From assembly GCF_009914755.1 (NCBI RefSeq), contig NC_060945.1: a stretch of DNA of 64,000 bases; one strand, given 5' to 3'. The notes beneath the pieces are model-generated. The model saw only the letters and a program-made list of their open reading frames with translations. It was not told the origin of the DNA and did not search any database. The stretch's first letter is position 1, and each line of letters begins with the position of its first letter. Origin of the DNA: the human T2T-CHM13v2.0 reference genome, Homo sapiens. The position numbers and the translations under genes are program-made. Shown piece after piece: positions 26,690 to 40,249 of this stretch.

Positions 26690-26830
26690 TAGAGATGCTC
26701 TTTTGTTCTCCTGTTAACTATCTGACCTTAAGGAAGTCACTCAACCAATTGGTTCTCAGTATTCTCTTTCCACACTGAGGGAAGTGGACAGATAATCTAT
26801 GGTTGCTTCCAGCTCCAAAATTCAGTGACC
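26690..26830 (+). mobile_element. MIR3-like fragment
   Basis: TGACCTTAAGGAAGTCACTCAACC...CTCAGT...TTCCAGCTCCAAAATTC. Confidence 0.55.
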
Positions 26831-27733
26831 CTTTAAGCTTAACTTCTTTCACCAGAATACCTGTCATTTCTAGGTAAATAGTGTTCTCAGTCCTTTCTGT
26901 TAAAAGAGGTTAAGTAAATAAAAAGGAAAGATCAGGCTATGCTTTTGGCCTAGATTATAACTTTGTGACCAAGGATGAAGGAATTTAATAGCAATAAGAA
27001 AGCTTCCAGGGTCTACCATTTACAATTTAAATACTTTACTTGGGAGGTTAAAAGTTCAAAGTTGAGTCACAGTCTGAGGTGGCTCTGCTCTTCCTTTTTA
27101 ATTATCTGAGGTCAGGAAGTTAATAATACGAGAAATCCCCAGCGGAGACCTCTTGTGCACTGTGTGAACTTTAAACTTGCTCATTTTTTTCTTAAGGGTA
27201 AAAAGTTCAGCAGAAACACAGTGGACTTTTCCTCTTAGCCTCCACCCATTCATCCCCCAAGGTCAAAAGTTGAACTGTAAAACAGAAACCCTTGTTCTCT
27301 GATCCACATTTAAACAGATCACTTATTAAAAGGTAAACATTCCACATGCAAGCCAAAGTTCCAAGTGAATCTGCTCAATAAAAATAAAGAAACTGTAATA
27401 AAGTCTTTGATCTTTTCCACTTGTCTTAGAATTGAACAACAGAATTTATTTTCTCGTTTTTTGAATCTCAGAGAAGGGGCAGTCATATAAGCTCTTTCCT
27501 CACCTACCTCTGCCCTGAGATTGGCATATCTAAAAGAGATAAACCTAAGATATTTTAAAATAGTCAGATTTGGAGCCTTACCTTAAGGCAATTTCTTCAA
27601 CTAATTCTACGCCATTTATGTTTGTTTATTTGTTTTGCTCAAACAGGAATTCAAGAACAGCAAATGTGATTTAAATCAGAGATATAAAGTACTACAGAAT
27701 AAAAAGGAGTTTGCTGAAAATGGTAGAGGATGC

Positions 27734-28066
27734 TGTATTAGTCCGTTTTGCTGCTGATAAAGACATATCTGAGACTGGGCAATTTACAAAAGAAAGAGGT
27801 TTAGCGGACTTACAGTTCCACTTGGCTGGGGAAGCCTCACAATCATGGTGGAAGGTGATAGGCATGTCTCATATGGATGGCACAGGCAAAAAAAAAAAAA
27901 TGCTTGGGCAGGGAAACTTCCTCTTATAAAACCATCGGATCTCGTGAGACTTATTTACTATCATGAGAACAGCATGGGAAAGACCTCCCACCAGGTCCCC
28001 CCGACCCACCACAACACGTGGGAATTTAATATGAGATTTGGGTGGGGACAAAACCAAACCATATCA
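27734..28066 (-). mobile_element. THE1 (THE1B-like) solo LTR
   Basis: TGTATTAGTCCG...CAATTTACAAAAGAAAGAGGTTTA...CCATATCA, with a perfect 5-bp TSD GATGC (27729-27733 and 28067-28071). Confidence 0.95.
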
Positions 28067-28779
28067 GATGCAGAGAAAATAAAGAAATGGATGAATATAT
28101 CCAATGAACCTCATATGAATAATGAATGGAAAATATCTGAGATCTTCACAGTGTTAAAGCTCAAACAAGAAGTGAAATAAATAGCTACAGAGCTCCAAAT
28201 AAGTATTTAATGATAGTGACAAGACTCACTTTCTTGAAGTAATGATGGCAAACTTTAAAAGTATGGAAAAGCCATTGACCGAATACTAACCCAATCCAAT
28301 CAGCATGCTTAGGAAAACTCCCTGAGATGATCACATGAAGCTGTTATTTCATGCAACCCATGTGTCCGTTTTTTTCAATGTGTACTTATTGGAAATGCTT
28401 TCACTTGTTTAAACAAGTCCTACCTGTGACTCAATATTTGTTTAAAAACTTTTTAAGAAAGCATCTTTGTCACCGTTTATCTATCTAAATGAGAATAATA
28501 CCACTTGCTTCCCACCTTAATAATTTTTGTAAAGATTCTCATTAGAGAATACTTAAGCACAGAAAACGGTAAGAGCCTTGAAATTAAGATATACAATGAA
28601 CACGTTTATAATAAATACTTTTCACTGATGTCAGTTTCGACAGTGTCATTTAAGTTTAAACGACTTTGTGATCACTTCTAACACAAATCAAAACTAGAAG
28701 ATATGGCTCTAAGTAAGTTGTGTTCTAGATCCATTTACACTGTGAGTAACATTCACGACACCCTCTGGGACTCCTGGAT

Positions 28780-28990
28780 GCAGCTGGTGACCCAGACCCA
28801 GGAATGACACAGCCAGGAAGGAAGTGAGGAAGGTGCACAGAGCTACTTCCTCTTGTTAGAACTCCCCTCTCAACAGCTGTAAGGAAGAATGGAAATTCCC
28901 TATGAATCAAAGTGTGACTTCGAAGTATGGGATACAATTTGAGAGACCTGATCATATTGATTAGGATGTTGACCAAAAGGAAGTCACTGC
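28780..28990. promoter_or_regulatory. Candidate enhancer (ETS/PU.1, NF-kB, AP-1-like and E-box cluster)
   Basis: GGAAGTGA (~28820), ACTTCCTCTT (28845), GGAAATTCCC (28891), TGAATCA (28903), AAAAGGAAGT (~28975), CAGCTG twice. Confidence 0.4.
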
Positions 28991-29379
28991 ATTTCATTTG
29001 GACACTACTCAGACATTTAAGCTGGTATGACATTCATGAGAAACTTCTGGTTTCAATTCATCTTTTTCCCATGAATATTTATGTTCCTTTTTTTTAATCT
29101 TTAAGTCAGTTCATGATATTCAAGCTAGTTATTTCCAACCTTCTGTCTGACTGAATTCTGTATTAAATCTTTCTTTGTTTCCCCCCTGCAAAACAGGTTA
29201 ATTCATGAGAGGCTATTATATAGCAAGGACCATGCTGCCATGCTGTCTGTGTTCTGGGCATATGTACCCTCAAAGTCCTCATAGGATAGAAATAGTACTA
29301 AATCTGTATACAATGAACTGGACACAACAATGTGGGGACTATACTACAAATACTATGAACAAAGTGCCGGGAGAACCCT

Positions 29380-29670
29380 GAGTCTTTGCCATGTTCTTTG
29401 ATGCCTTTGTGCCTTACACATTCTGATCCCGCCACCTAAAATAATCCTCTTGTCCTTCATCCCTGGGACCCTGTACTCTGCCTCAGTGCTTCTCTTCCTA
29501 CACACTTCACCTCCCCTTGCCTCTCTGAATGTAAGTGTCTCTTCCACAGCAATCTGTGCAAAGACTAACACCAGAGTAACTATCTTACAGTATTGTAACA
29601 CTTAGCTAATTTTTCTGCCTCCAACAATAAATTCTGATCTATTTGAGGAAGTGAACTCCAATACCATTCT
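29380..29670 (+). mobile_element. L2 remnant
   Basis: Pyrimidine-rich degenerate L2 3' region (TGCCTTTGTGCCTTACACAT...TTTGAGG). Confidence 0.5.
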
Positions 29671-29816
29671 CAAGGAAGTCCTTTTTTAGAAATATAGACT
29701 GAAACCTGACAGAAAAGGGATTCAGTGTATATCCTAAAGGATGGCATAGGAGAGCTGAGACTTAGCAGGGTATACACTAGAGTGGTCTCATGCTCTTCTT
29801 GCCAGCACACCACTAG

Positions 29817-30002
29817 GTTAGCAGTTCTCAACTTTGGCTGTAGTTGGTATAACCTGGAAGCTTTAAGATATTTTTGATGTCTAGGTCTCAGTTCTAGAAA
29901 TTTTGAATTCACTGGAATGGAGTAGATTTGGGTCATTAAGGTTTTTAACTGTTCCCAGGTGATACTGGGGATGATGAGAACTTAAGGATGAGAATCAATG
30001 CA
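29817..30002. mobile_element. MER5A (hAT-Charlie)
   Basis: CAGTTCTCAACTTTGGCTG...TTCCCAGGTGAT...TGAGAATCAATG. Confidence 0.75.
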
Positions 30003-30384
30003 CAGCAAGACACTGTGAAATGGGAATAGATGTTAGAAGCCACCATTGGCACTAGGGGTCACAAATGGATTGCCAATTTAAGAATACCTTATTTTTCATA
30101 ATTCTCTTAAGGAATAAGTTTTCTTCCACCTGAACTGTTTCAGCAGTTCTATTATCCTCATGATAATATGAGCTTTCTTAGCATATTACACCAACGTCTC
30201 TGTAAAATCAACCAATCTTTTTCTTTATCTTCATTAATATCTTGTGTGCTGAATCATGTAAAACTGCTTCCTATTGCCTAAGTGTGTCATGCAAACCTTT
30301 CCCCATACCATCCTATATATCTGCTTCCAGGAATGCCTTTCCTCTTAATCCCCCAGGAATTCATACTCACACTTTAAGACCTGG

Positions 30385-30890
<506 letters not shown>

Positions 30891-31009
30891 GAAAGCAAAG
30901 ACCCAACTTAGGCTTGTCTTTTTACTCCTGTTCTGTGATGCATACAACTTGGTTTACCATTCAATTTCAATCAAAACAGTTAACACATTGCTATCTCTTT
31001 GCCACTTAC

Positions 31010-31379
31010 TGTCTTGTTCTGTTTAGGCTGCTGTAACAAAATACCATAAACTGTGTAGCTTATAAACAACAGAAATTTATTTCTCACAGTTCTGGAGTCT
31101 GGGAAGTTCAAAATCAAGGTGCCAGCAGATTCCATGTCTAGGGAAGGCTGGTTTCCTGATCCATGGATCATACCTTCTCTCTGTATATTCACATGGTGGA
31201 AGGGCCAAGGGATCTCTCTCAGGGCTCTTTTATAAGGGCACTAGTTCCATTCATGAAGACTCCACCCTCATGACTTAATCACATCCCAAAGGCCCTACCT
31301 CCTAATACCATCACCTTGGGTATTAGGATTTCAACATATGAGTAAATTTTGAGAAAACACAAATATTCAAGCCATAGCA
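31010..31379 (-). mobile_element. MLT1A-type LTR, inserted in an L2 remnant (about 30300-31530)
   Basis: GCTGCTGTAACAAAATACCATAAACTG...CAGAAATTTATTTCTCACAGTTCTGGAG...CCATAGCA. Confidence 0.9.
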
Positions 31380-31934
31380 CTTCTCTTGAATTTTTTTGAA
31401 ATTCCCAAGGGCAGAAAATGTCTTTTTCTGGACATGCTAATTCCAGTATGCATACTGTATTTGATTCATGGGAGGTGCTAAATGAACGACTATTGAATAA
31501 ATGGATGGAAGGATGGATAGAGGGACAGATAGAAAGAGGATTATGTAAATTAATTCCTTCATCTATTTATCACTTACGGGGATTCTCACTATACTCATCA
31601 TTGAGGAAAGAGAATGACTTCCTCTTATGCATCTTTAAGAAGTTATGAGGCCCAGGAGCCTGAGCCAATTACACATAATTAGGGACTCCAGGCCAGGGGA
31701 GGGAGGGTGCCCAGGAAAAACAGTGACAATCATGATTTCCTTGGTCATGTTAAGATTTTCTAGATAAATAAATAGAAGCAAAACATTCTAGTCAAGTTGT
31801 GTCTCAAAATGCTAACTTTCTAGATGATTGCTTAGCCCTGAGCCAAGTCTCCTTTTGCTCTTCCTTCCCGTTTGTCACATTGGCCTTGAGGTCTTCTTCA
31901 GAGAATCATAATCAGCATAAAAGAATGTGCTCCG

Positions 31935-32224
31935 GCTGGGCGCGGTGGCTCACGCTTGTAATCCCAGCATTTTGGGAGTCTGAGGCAGATGGATTGCCTG
32001 AGGTCAGGAGTTCAAGACCAGCCTGACTGACATAGTGAAACCCCATCTCTACTAAAAAAAAGTACAAAAATTAGCTGGGCATGGTGGTGGGTGCCTGTAA
32101 TCCCAGCTACTAGGGAGGCTGAGGCAGGAGAATCATGTGAACCTGGGAGGCGGAGGTTCCAGTGAGCCAAGACCGGACCATTGTACTCCAGACCGGCAAC
32201 AAGATCAAAACTCCATCTCAAAAA

Positions 32225-32257
<33 letters not shown>

Positions 32258-32268
32258 AAGAAGAAGAA
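31935..32268 (+). mobile_element. AluS (Sq/Sp-like) with long A/GAA tail
   Basis: Full dimer with GGCAACAAGA diagnostic. Confidence 0.93.
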
Positions 32269-32904
32269 GAATTTGCAATTTGCTCCTCCTCTCTCGATTT
32301 GAGTTCCAGCTGGAATTTGAAAAAAAAATTATGGGTTCATAGGTTTGTTCGTGCTAAAAGGAATTTTAGGCACCATCTCATCGTGTCCCTACATCTTACA
32401 GATCTAGAAGCACTTGGGAAAAGTCTGGCAAATGCATAGTCTATGGCAGTTACCAGTGTAGCTAGATGGTTCTGGGCCACATCAGCATGGGAAGGCCAAT
32501 GAAATCACATAAACCTTAGCACCCAGATCTTCCAGGAATTGGGCCCTTCTTAAGGTCTTCTGTACTTCCAGGAAGTCTCAAGAGGAAAGCTCATGTGTAC
32601 TCAGAAATAAGCCCTGGCCTCTTTGTCCCTGGCCTCTTCCTCAAAGACCCCCTCACCAAGTCCCTGGTCTGGGTCCCTCTCTGAGAATAGTCCACCCTGA
32701 GTACCACTATCCTCTGTGGTCAGCTCTAGAGCTCCAAGGCTGAGGACACTAGTCCTCCTACAGGGGTGGAAGAGATAAGGGAGTGGGAGGAAGGGAAGGG
32801 AGGTGGAGAAAGAAAGGTATTGAAAAGCATAGGAAGAAAGCAGTCTTCCTCCAGCTTTCAAGCAGCACTTTGTTACTGGTGGGTCAGACATAACTTGGTG
32901 TTTT

Positions 32905-33161
32905 CGAATTTGGCTCTAAAATTAGGTCCAGATTTCAAATTTGTCCCTGCTACTTAGCATCTTTTTGATTTTTAGCAACATAGAAAACCTTTCTGAACTT
33001 GAATTTTTACTTTTTCCCTTCTTTAATATAATGGAAATGATAATTCTGTCCTCATAAAATTATTGTTAGCATTAAATGGAATACTGTATTGTTATACCAG
33101 TGACTGAGCAGAGTGCCAGAAGTTAGTAAGCACTCAACAAATGATATGGATATTATTATTT
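32905..33161 (+). mobile_element. MIR
   Basis: GTGCCAGAAGTTAGTAAGCACTCAACAAATG...TATTATTATT is the MIR 3' end. Confidence 0.7.
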
Positions 33162-33960
33162 TCGTCTCCATTGTTCTCATCACTACTAGTTTAATTGTTC
33201 ATTGACATAGCTCCTTCAGCTTCTGCTCCTAACCCTGCTCTCAATTGTTTTCAATGGGAGTAACTCAGGCCAGCTGGAAGAAATCAATGCCTCCCCAACC
33301 TCTTTGTTTCCTACCCCCATTTCCAGATACCTGTATATAAAACTTCTTTTTTTCTCCGTTTCTTCACAAGACAGTTTGGGAACCAATTGGTACAAAGAGT
33401 TCCTTACAAAGCCATTTTTAACTCCATTAGCGGGTCAGCTAGGACATCCCAGCTGCTTTACTAGTAAAGTCCATCTGTCCTTCTGAAATAATGGCAGATG
33501 TAATTGCCACTTTTCATTACAGGAAAACAACAAATACACATTTTGGTAGCTTGATTTCCCCCAAAGGAGCTCTTGCCTTTCCAGTAATAGAGTTCTAGCT
33601 AGACACACGGTTGGCCGAAGACAATCCTTCCCACCTTCAACCATGCAGATGAGAGCAATACCCCAAAACTGAGCAGAGCAAGATGATGAAAAGAACCCCA
33701 AGCCAAAATAACTTTGTAATTATCCATCCAGTAACTCTGATAGGTCTGGACTGTTTCAACAACTATATTTAGACCTCTGTGTTCACCCTATAGCCTAAAT
33801 ACCAGGTGGTGTCGTTTCTAAACACTGCAAAGAGAAAGTTTTGTTTAGACATCAATGCAACCCCCAAAGACAATATTTAATTAAAATATTAATACTGGTC
33901 ATATGCCCACAAAGTAGCTGGGAAAGCAAGCACCCTTTCATTCCCAATATAGAAGCCTCA

Positions 33961-34269
<309 letters not shown>

Positions 34270-34343
34270 AGAAGCCTCAAAGTTGGTATTGGAAAAGATT
34301 TCAAAGTTTCTAACACAGACAAATATTAAACATTCATGGTCAC

Positions 34344-34677
34344 TGTTATGAACTGAATGCTTGTATCCCTCCAAAATTCATATGTTGAAACCCTAACTCC
34401 CAATTTTATGGCATTAGGAGGTGAGGGCAGAGCTACTATGATGGGAGTAATGACCTTATAAGAAGAGGAGACATCAGAGTTTGCTCTCTCTGCCACGTAA
34501 AAATGCAACAAGAAGACAGCCTTCTGCAAACCAGGAAGAGGGCCCTCATCAAGAACCAAATCTGTTGGCACCTTGACCTAGCACTTCATAGCCTCCAGAA
34601 CTATGAGAAATGAATGTCTGTTGTTTAAGCCAAACAGTCTATGTATTTTATTATAGCAGCGTGAGCTGACTAATATA
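34344..34677 (+). mobile_element. MLT1A0/MLT1B-type LTR
   Basis: TGTTATGAACTGAATG...CCAAAATTCATATGTTGAAACCCTAAC...GCCTCCAGAACTATGAGAAAT. TSD GTCAC/GTCAT. Confidence 0.88.
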
Positions 34678-35909
34678 GTCATCCTTAGCATCTAAACCTT
34701 CTATTAACTGAAGAAAGAAAAACCAACTCAAGGCAGGGAAACTTTATGCTTTATATAGACGGCAACTTTAAAGAGCAATTGTTTAAGTTACATTTTAATT
34801 GCAAATGGATGTATTCTAATTCATTCTCTGAGCAAATTATGGGTCTTCACATCAGATAAAGAAGCTCTATATGGAAAGAGGTAGAGAAAGTGCCCCAAAA
34901 CTTATTGGCCTCGTAGTCCCAACCACAGGCAAGAGAAATTATTAGCTCAGCTTTGGGGCAAGATTAGACAGCCCCACCTCAGTTCAGGTCACCTCCAATC
35001 TGATTTCCTAAGAAAGCTCACAGTATGCTAAGAACCTAGTCACACATCCAAGCCAATTTTGGGATTAGCCTAGACCTGTAGTCCAGACTGATAGCCTCGA
35101 TTTTATATTTTTGATGATATAGACGGTCAAATATACATAATTATTTTTTTATTATATTATATAACGTAATTATGTATACTTGACTATGTACATTTTATGA
35201 AATCAGAATCCATGGATTGTCCCCATAATGATTGTCCCTCCAGGGAATAAGTTTTAAGATTCAGATTAATCCATTTGGGGCATCTAAAAACGCTCAACAC
35301 CCTATTCTTTCACTCTACCCATGCTGGAATAAGACCAACTTCAAGATTCAGGACACATGGCTCCATGTAACCAGAGATCCCATGCCAAGGGACAGTAGGC
35401 AAAAATAGACACAGGTGGATATGTATGACTTCTTTCCATGAGCTTCCAGGCCTCCAAGGGACAAAATTCTTGATTTGGTGCCAAAATGTTCTATTTGTCT
35501 TATTAGAAAAAATTACTCAGTAAGGTGATATACCCCAGGAGGAGAGAACTGTTCTCACATTATCCAAATAATTATTTAAGTCTATACATTTTCACTGAGG
35601 GTTTTAATGATGAAATTATTAAGACGTTGTATGAGGTGAGCTGTCTTAGAAAAATTTGCTGCCTATTAATGGCTTTCCCATGCATTATTTTTGCTTTCAT
35701 GTCTTCTAAGTCTAAAAGCTTCTCCCACATTTCTTTAGATCATGGCTTATGTTTGATAATATTGTGAGATACATCTAATCTCCTGTTAACATTTGTATAA
35801 AGTGCATTTCCTATCTCTGCATGACATTGTTCTACCCTCTTTGAAGACATCAGCTTTGTGATAGGTGGCATTTGATATTGTGACTAACCTAACATCTACT
35901 GTACGAAGG

Positions 35910-36100
35910 GTAATAATACAATACTAACAGTTATTATACACTTATAATGTGCCAGGCACCTTCTAAGCTTATTTTGTTTTATAATTCAGTGTATAATATA
36001 TGTTAATTTTCATAACATCAAGGAATAGATAATTTCTTTATTTCCATTCTATGAACAAGGAAACTGAAATTAAACAACTCCGCCAGTAGCATGCCACTAG
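35910..36100 (-). mobile_element. MIR
   Basis: TAATAATA...CTTATAATGTGCCAGGCAC...GGAAACTGA. Confidence 0.65.
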
Positions 36101-36460
36101 CAGGTCCAACATCCAAATCCAGAGATGATCCAGCATTATGATGCAAAATATACCAATGGCGCTATTCTCACTTAACAGAGACCATTTGGAAAGAAGTAAT
36201 AAAAGGATATGAACTGAACACAGTTACAGAATCACAGACTCCTAAGGCCAAAACGAACTTCAATATCCTCTAGTTTTTCTTGCCCAAAATATCAATCCAA
36301 GAAATTAACTGGTTACTTATTAAAAGTAGACAGCCAGGAAAAAGGAGAACTGAATATTTCAAAACAAATAGTCCAAATGGACAAACAAGCTCTGAACAGA
36401 GCCACTTTTAGAAGGAGGAGAGAGAACGTTAAGGCATTTATGAATAAAAGGCAGACTTCT

Positions 36461-36688
36461 TTAGAAGGAGTCGCCATATTGGCTCACTACAACTCCGCCT
36501 CCCGGGTTCAAGTGATTCTCCTGCTGGGATTACAGGCGCCCCCCACCACGCCCGGCTAGTTTTTGTATTTTTAGTAGAGACGGGGTTTCACCATGTTGGT
36601 CAGGCTGGTCTCAAACTCCTGACCTCGTGATCCGCCCGCCTCAGCCTCCCAAAGTGCTAGGATTACAGGCGTGAGCACGCGCCTGGCC
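36461..36688 (-). mobile_element. AluS (Sg-like) with two internal deletions and almost no A tail
   Basis: GACCTCGTGATCCGCCC diagnostic. Flanked by A(T/C)AAAA(G/T)GCAGACTTCT TSD. Confidence 0.88.
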
Positions 36689-39059
36689 ACAAAATGCAGA
36701 CTTCTAAAGTAGAAGTCCAGCTTGGCCAGATAATAGACTCACTAGCATATAAACTGCTGGAAGCTAATGTAGGAGGTCAGGAAGGAATGATAAGGTTAGA
36801 GGAACCAAAGCCCAGAGAGGGTTTTTGTTTGGTTCTTTGGCAGCACTTAACTCTAGGAAGTGATGGGGAAATTCTAATTTCTGAGAATGTTTTTCAAAAG
36901 GATGACAGAGATTAGAGCTTCCAGTGAAGAAAATATTGCTGCAATCAAAGAAAGCAAAGTGCAATAAAGCCCTCAGGCCAGACGGAATTTATCTAAGTAT
37001 TCTGGAGAAAATAAGGTGTGAAACAGCAGAGACTGATGAGGACATATACTATGACCATTAAAATAACAGCTGTTCCTGAAGACTGTCCAATTTTTAACAC
37101 AGTATCTATGGTTTTTTTTGTTTTTGTTTTGTTTTGTTTTGTTTAAAGGAAACCAAGAGAAATCCCAAGAATTCAGACAAATGAACTTTGTCTTGGTGCT
37201 CGGATACTGGTTGGGGGAAAAAGTCCGATGATTGTGCCAAGTAGAATCTGAGAATTGAAACTTGACAGGCCCCCATCAACTCTGCAGGAATAGAGATTTT
37301 TACCTCTCCAAGCTTAAAATTGATAATAAGTAATACAGAGATACACCATGCACTTGCCCTTTTAAAAAGTTTGAAAATGAAGAAACAAATGCTTTCTTGG
37401 ATCTGAAACTAGCTAGAGAAATTAGAATCATGTATAGTGTATGCTTAGGCCAAAGAGAAGAGATTAGCTATAGCACTCCTGGAATCTGATGTTGGAATGA
37501 AATGTAATTTCACCTGCATTTTTTAAATAATTAGGGAGTATGTGTGAGTCACAAGCAATTGACTCTCACATGATTGACACTCTGTGGGAGCAAGCAGTGA
37601 AAAAGAAATGGTGAGCACCTGATCCTATGATAATCATCACTAGCATTTATTGAATGGTTACTACGTGGCAGGCACACTGCTTAGTGTTTGACATCCATTA
37701 TCTCAATTATTCTCAGTCTGTGAGTGATGGTATAAACTACTTCAGAAACATCTGCTGTTTCAGAAAGAAAATGCTCTAAGGTGTAGGGCAGATTATCAGC
37801 CAGGGTCACAGTTCAGATGAGTTCCAAAGAAAGCTTATCTAAAATATTCTGATGAAAATGTGGCTTCCATTTAAAACCGAATGGGGGCCAAGAGAATTGT
37901 AAAGGAAACTCGAGGATGCAATCTATTCTCTGCCCCTCAATCCCTGAGCCAGCCAGGGATACTTATTTTCTCCTAAACCTAAAAATAGTCACGCTAACAT
38001 TGGTTTCAGACTCTCAGAATCACCAGCTCTGAGACTACAGAGATCTTCTCACTCTTTCCTATCTCCTGGTCCTTAAACCCGCTTCCTTACCTTGCTTCTG
38101 TGCCTTGCTAATTATAACTGCTTTTTGTTTGTTTGTTTCCTGATTCCTGTGGCTCAATCTGTGTTCCTAGGGCCTTCATCTGTGGTACCCACCTGGGATT
38201 TTAGACTCATGTGGGGGGTCTAAAGCTTTGGCTTAAGTTTAGTCTGAAACTCTCCTAGGCTTTGGTCCACAACCTCCTGCCACCCAACATGGTGCTGACA
38301 GGGAGGACAATCTGTAGCCCATGAAGATTAGAGCTATGCTATTAATCAATGATCTTTCCCAACTAAAATACTTAGTTCAGGGCTCTTCGCACAATGCTCA
38401 AAGTACTTTCTGTTCAATAAAGGCTTGTTGACTGTATTTACAACACATGCTGTACTATGAACTGCATACCAAAGTCCAAATTACAACATATAACCTCTAT
38501 GACAAGAACGAGTAAAAAAATAAAACCACAGCCTTGGAGGGATGCCAGATGATGCTGGACCCATGAAAAACTCCAGAGAGGAAACAAAAGGTACTGAACA
38601 GAAATGGAGTGCACACACCGTAACCTTGTTCTCTCATCTTTTGTGAACTATGACGGGTCACCTTTGCAAAATTATAAGCCTTTTGAGAGTAGGGTACAAT
38701 ACAGCTTCAACGGCAGGGTGCCTACAGTCCCCATCACTCCTCCTGCCACCAGGGAACTTGCAGGAAGGGAGCTTTCCTGTTAGCTTTCCTCCCTGGTAAA
38801 GCACTGACCACAGCCTTGAATGCCACAAAGCCACATTGGGAAAAATATGAAGTTTTGTCCTACCCACATTATATCTGGACAGATAGTTATTTAGAAAAGA
38901 ATCATTCTGCATTTTATGTATTATAACATTGGCTATACAGGATCTCTCTCTCTCATCACCCAAGTCTGGTTCCTTCCTAGTCTACATCTGCCTCTTGCTC
39001 CTCAAAGAGCTTACTTTTCCTCTCGGTTTCTTTAAGCAATAGCTCTCCTTACTATGTGG

Positions 39060-39432
39060 TGTGATGGTTAATTTTATGTGTCAGATTGGCTAGCCTGTAG
39101 TAACTAGTTATTCAAATATGAATCTAGGTATGGCCATAGAGATATTTTGTAGGTGAGTTTAATATCTATAATCATGGACTAACCTTTTAAAAAATCTATA
39201 ATCAGTTGACTTTAGGTAAAGGACATTATCCTCAACAATGTAGATGAGCCTCATTCAATCAGTTGAAAGGTTTAAGGGCAAAAATAAGTTTCCCTGAGGA
39301 AGAAATTCTGCTTCAAGATTGCAATATCAGCTCCTGCCTAAGAATTTTCAGCCTGCTGGCCTGCCCCGATCCTATAGATTTTGGACTTACCAGCCTCCAC
39401 AATTGCATACTGAAAGAAGTCTCTCTCCATAC
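39060..39432 (+). mobile_element. MLT2 (ERVL) LTR, 3' end missing
   Basis: TGTGATGGTTAATTTTATGTGTCA start, CAATCAGTTGAAAGG, CCAGCCTCCACAATTGC. Confidence 0.85.
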
Positions 39433-40249
39433 ATAGGCATGCCTTGCTTAACAGAGGCACATTCTGAGAAATGCATCCTAAGGCAATTTCATCATTTTGT
39501 GAACATCATACAGTATACTTACACAAACATAAATGGTATAGCCTGCTACACCCCTGGGCTATATGGTATAGCTTATTGCTTTCAGGCTACAGACCGGTAC
39601 AGCATGTTACTGTATGGAATACTGTAGGCAATTGTAACATGATGGTAAGAATCTGTGTATCTAAGCCTAGAAAAGCTACAGTAAAAATGTGGTATTAAAA
39701 GACAAAAAAAAATTGTACTCCTGTAAAGGGCATTTACCATGAATGGAGCTTACAGAATGAGAAGTTACTTTGGGTGATTCAGTGAGTGAGTAGTGACTGA
39801 ATGTGAAGGCCGAGGATGTTACTGTATACTACTGTAGACTTTATCAACACTGTACACCAAGCTACACTATATTTATTTTTTTAATTCTTCAACAATAAAT
39901 TAATCTTCACTTACTGTAACCTTTTTATTTATAAGCTTTGTTTTTAACTTTTTGGCTATTTTGTAGGAACACTTAGCTTAAAACATAAACTCATTGTGCA
40001 ATTGTACAAAAATTCTTTCTTTATATCCTTATTCTACGAGCCATTTTCTATTTTTAATTTTTTTTTAAATTTTTGAACTTTTTTGTTAAAAACCAAGACA
40101 AAAACATACACATTAGCCTAGGTCTACACAGGATCAGGATTATCAAGATGTCACTAGACGATAGGAATTTTTTAGCTCCATTTTTACTTATGCAACTACT
40201 GTCATATAAGCGGGCCATCACTGACCAAAAACATGTTTATACAGCACAT
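39433..40249 (+). mobile_element. Tigger3 (b/c-type) DNA transposon, last TIR bases lost
   Basis: TTCTGAGAAATGCATCCTAAGGCAATTTCATCATT...GTGAGTGAGTAGTGACTGAATGTGAAGGCC...TGACCAAAAACATGTTTATACAGCACAT. Confidence 0.88.

Noticed and set aside
27648-28106. Acceptor-like CAAACAG|G and a 40-codon frame restored by removing the THE1 LTR (EFKNSKCDLNQRYKVLQNKKEFAENGRGCRENKEMDEYIQ)
   Set aside because: No recognisable protein similarity and no clear donor. This length is expected by chance in A-rich DNA.
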